24,347 nucleotides of DNA, from IMG/VR virus record IMGVR_UViG_3300037462_000235, positions 1-24,347 of that record, one strand, 5' to 3'. Of this stretch, positions 22,441-24,347 are shown one piece after another. Position numbers and translations under genes: made by a program. Each line of letters starts with the position of its first letter. Position 1 is the stretch's first letter. The notes below the pieces were generated by a model. That model searched no databases. It worked only from the letters and a program-made list of their open reading frames with translations, and was not told where the DNA came from. This DNA comes from a virus. Taxonomy: Duplodnaviria; Caudoviricetes.

Positions 22441-24347
22441 GCCGCGCCCTTGTCGTCGTGTTGCTGACCTTCGGCCTTGCCGCCCCGGCCGAGGCCGGAC
22501 CGATCGCGGCGGCCATCGGCGCAATCGTGTCGACGGTGACAGGCGCATTCGCCGCGGGCGAGTTCTTCACGATGATCCTCGGCCGCCTGATCCTGTCAGT
22601 CGCCCTGTCGGCCTTGCAGCGGGCGTTGATGCCCAAGCCGAAGGAGCCGGGCATCAAGACCAAGGTGACGCAGACCGGCGGCACCAACCCGCAAGCCTTT
22701 CCGCTGCTGCGCTATGCCACCGCCGGAACCCATGCCTGCCCGCCCATGACCCATGGGACAGCGGGCAAGACCCCGAACGTCTACCTGACCTATGTCATCA
22801 TCCTAAGCGACGTGCCGGGCTGTTCGATCAGCCGCGTGATGATCAACAACCAGTACGTGACCCTGGGTGGCGAAAACCCGGAGTACGGCGCGACGGTCGT
22901 GTCGGCACCCTTCACCAATCGCGCCTGGGTCAGGTTCTACAATGGCACCCAGACGGCGGCCGACCCGATGCTGCTGGACAAGTACGGGTCCTACCCCGAG
23001 CGGCCCTGGTTGCCCGACATGATCGGTCGGGGGACAGCCTACGCCATCGTGACCTTTGCCTATGACAGGCAGATGTACCCCGGCCTGCCCCGGGTGAAGT
23101 TCGAGATGAACGGCATCCCGCTGTACGACCCGCGCCGCGACAGCACGGTGGGCGGGTCGGGTGCGCATCGCTGGGCGAACAAGGCCACCTGGGAGCCGAC
23201 CGTGAACCCCGAAGTCGCGGTCTACAATGTCCTGCGCGGCATTAGCCTTAACGACGGGTCAGTCTACGGCGGTGGCTTCCCGGCCGAGGATATCCCACTG
23301 GCATCCTGGTTTGCCGCGATGAACGAATGCGACCTTCTGGTGACCAACGGTGCCGGGACCGAAGCGCAGTTCCGCGCCGGACTGGAGGTCGCTGTCGACG
23401 AGGAACCCGCCGATGTGATCGGTGAACTTCTGAAGGTCTGTGCGGGCAATATCGCCGAGATCGGCGGGCTTTGGAAAACCCGGGTCGGCGCACCCGGCAC
23501 GCCGATCTATCTGTTCACCGACGCCGATGTGGTCAGTTCCAGCCCGCAGGATTTTCAGCCGTTCCCGAACATGGCCGGATCCTACAACGGGGCCCATGCG
23601 AACTATCCCGACCCGACGAAATCCTGGGAAAGCTCGGAGGCCACGCCCTATTACAACGTGACCCACGAGGCGGCGGACCGCAACTTCCGCCTGACCGCCG
23701 ACCTGAACCTGGTTGCCTGCCCTTACCCTGCCCAGGTCCGGCGGCTGCAGTATGCCTATGTCGAGGAGGAACGCAGGTTCCGCCGCCACACGGTGACCCT
23801 GCCGCCCGACGCTGCCGTTCTGGAACCCTTGGACGCTGTGGGCTGGACCAGCGCGTGGAACGGTTACACGACCAAGGTCTTTGAGGTCGACCAGGTCGGC
23901 GAAGATGTCCTTACCGGCCTGCAGCGCGTCATGCTGAAGGAACGCGAGGCCGCCGATTTCAGCTATCCGGGTCTGCCCGCGGCTGCGAGCATTTCGATCC
24001 TGCCGATCATCCCGACCGCCCAGATCGTCCCGAACTTCGCTGTCACGCCCACCTCGATCCCGGACGCAAGCGGCATTGCCCGTCGCCCGGCCCTGCGACT
24101 GACATGGGAGCCGGACCTGGCGGACGTTCGCGGCATCATGTTCGAAGTGCGCGTGCAGGCCACCGGTGTCGTGGTCTATCGCGGGTCGACGCAGGACGTG
24201 GCGTCGGCGGCATTCATCGTCACCGAAGGGCTGATCGCCTCGACCGCCTACCAAGTGCGGGCGCAGCCTGTCGTCGACCGGCCCGCGACCTGGACCGCAT
24301 GGATCGCCGCGACCACGCCTGCGAACCTGTTCATCCGGCCCGACCTG
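22437..24347 (+). CDS. Tail tip/host-specificity protein (gpJ-like central fibre), 3'-truncated by window edge
   Basis: ATGA overlap with the upstream stop. The frame reads MSRALVVVLLTFGLAAPAEAGPIAAAIG...FYNGTQTAADPML...G.AYAIVT...P.V.FE..G.PLYDPRRDSTVGGSG.HRW and appears open to the end. It is absent from the track because it has no stop. Confidence 0.85.
   Translation, partial: MSRALVVVLLTFGLAAPAEAGPIAAAIGAIVSTVTGAFAAGEFFTMILGRLILSVALSALQRALMPKPKEPGIKTKVTQTGGTNPQAFPLLRYATAGTHACPPMTHGTAGKTPNVYLTYVIILSDVPGCSISRVMINNQYVTLGGENPEYGATVVSAPFTNRAWVRFYNGTQTAADPMLLDKYGSYPERPWLPDMIGRGTAYAIVTFAYDRQMYPGLPRVKFEMNGIPLYDPRRDSTVGGSGAHRWANKATWEPTVNPEVAVYNVLRGISLNDGSVYGGGFPAEDIPLASWFAAMNECDLLVTNGAGTEAQFRAGLEVAVDEEPADVIGELLKVCAGNIAEIGGLWKTRVGAPGTPIYLFTDADVVSSSPQDFQPFPNMAGSYNGAHANYPDPTKSWESSEATPYYNVTHEAADRNFRLTADLNLVACPYPAQVRRLQYAYVEEERRFRRHTVTLPPDAAVLEPLDAVGWTSAWNGYTTKVFEVDQVGEDVLTGLQRVMLKEREAADFSYPGLPAAASISILPIIPTAQIVPNFAVTPTSIPDASGIARRPALRLTWEPDLADVRGIMFEVRVQATGVVVYRGSTQDVASAAFIVTEGLIASTAYQVRAQPVVDRPATWTAWIAATTPANLFIRPDL

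Larger units (their letters stand above)
1..24347 (+). mobile_element. Interior of a Mu-like transposable prophage with siphovirus-type tail (ends not in window)
   Basis: Mu-specific gene order: gemA, Mor/C activator, lysis, gp25-26-27, terL, DUF935 portal, gpF, gpG, protease I, gpT capsid, gp35-36-37. These are followed by a tail tube (no sheath), G/GT chaperones and a tape measure. Genes are co-oriented with many ATGA/GTGA overlaps. Confidence 0.95.

Noticed and set aside
1-24347. Gene transfer agent cluster or contractile-tailed Mu
   Set aside because: The head genes are Mu-type (DUF935 portal, gpF, gpG, gpI, gpT) rather than the HK97-like GTA set, and no sheath or baseplate wedge genes are present.

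Overview
The whole window is the interior of a Mu-like (transposable) prophage with a non-contractile, siphovirus-type tail. It is GC-rich and probably from a Rhodobacterales/alphaproteobacterial host (RcapMu-like gene order); this host call is an inference from GapR, a 3TM holin and the tail-tip gene set. Almost all genes are on the + strand, in this order: end of the early/middle region (Pro-rich ORF, truncated ASCH gene, inserted antirepressor module, gemA, MT-A70 methyltransferase, Mor/C-type activator), lysis cassette, gp25/26/27, a four-gene insertion between the terminase subunits, terL, portal, gpF, gpG, protease I/scaffold Z, decoration protein, capsid gpT, gp35/36/37, tail tube, frameshifted chaperone pair, tape measure and tail-tip genes running off the right edge. 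Neither prophage end nor the transposase is in the window. The most notable non-routine signals are: (1) a C4/CI-type antisense RNA switch with flanking complementary targets, one overlapping the RBS of an ORF6N antirepressor, inserted into a broken ASCH gene; (2) a terS-terL insertion encoding GapR, a Cys-His-Asp transglutaminase-like protease and a DUF6527-like protein, possibly a counter-defence or topology cassette; (3) a phased A-tract patch inside the portal gene, a candidate strong gyrase site; (4) two matching palindromic late-promoter sites with identically spaced -10 boxes; (5) a 175-nt multi-stem non-coding element at the head-to-tail junction. All family assignments come from motif recognition and gene order, not from database searches.
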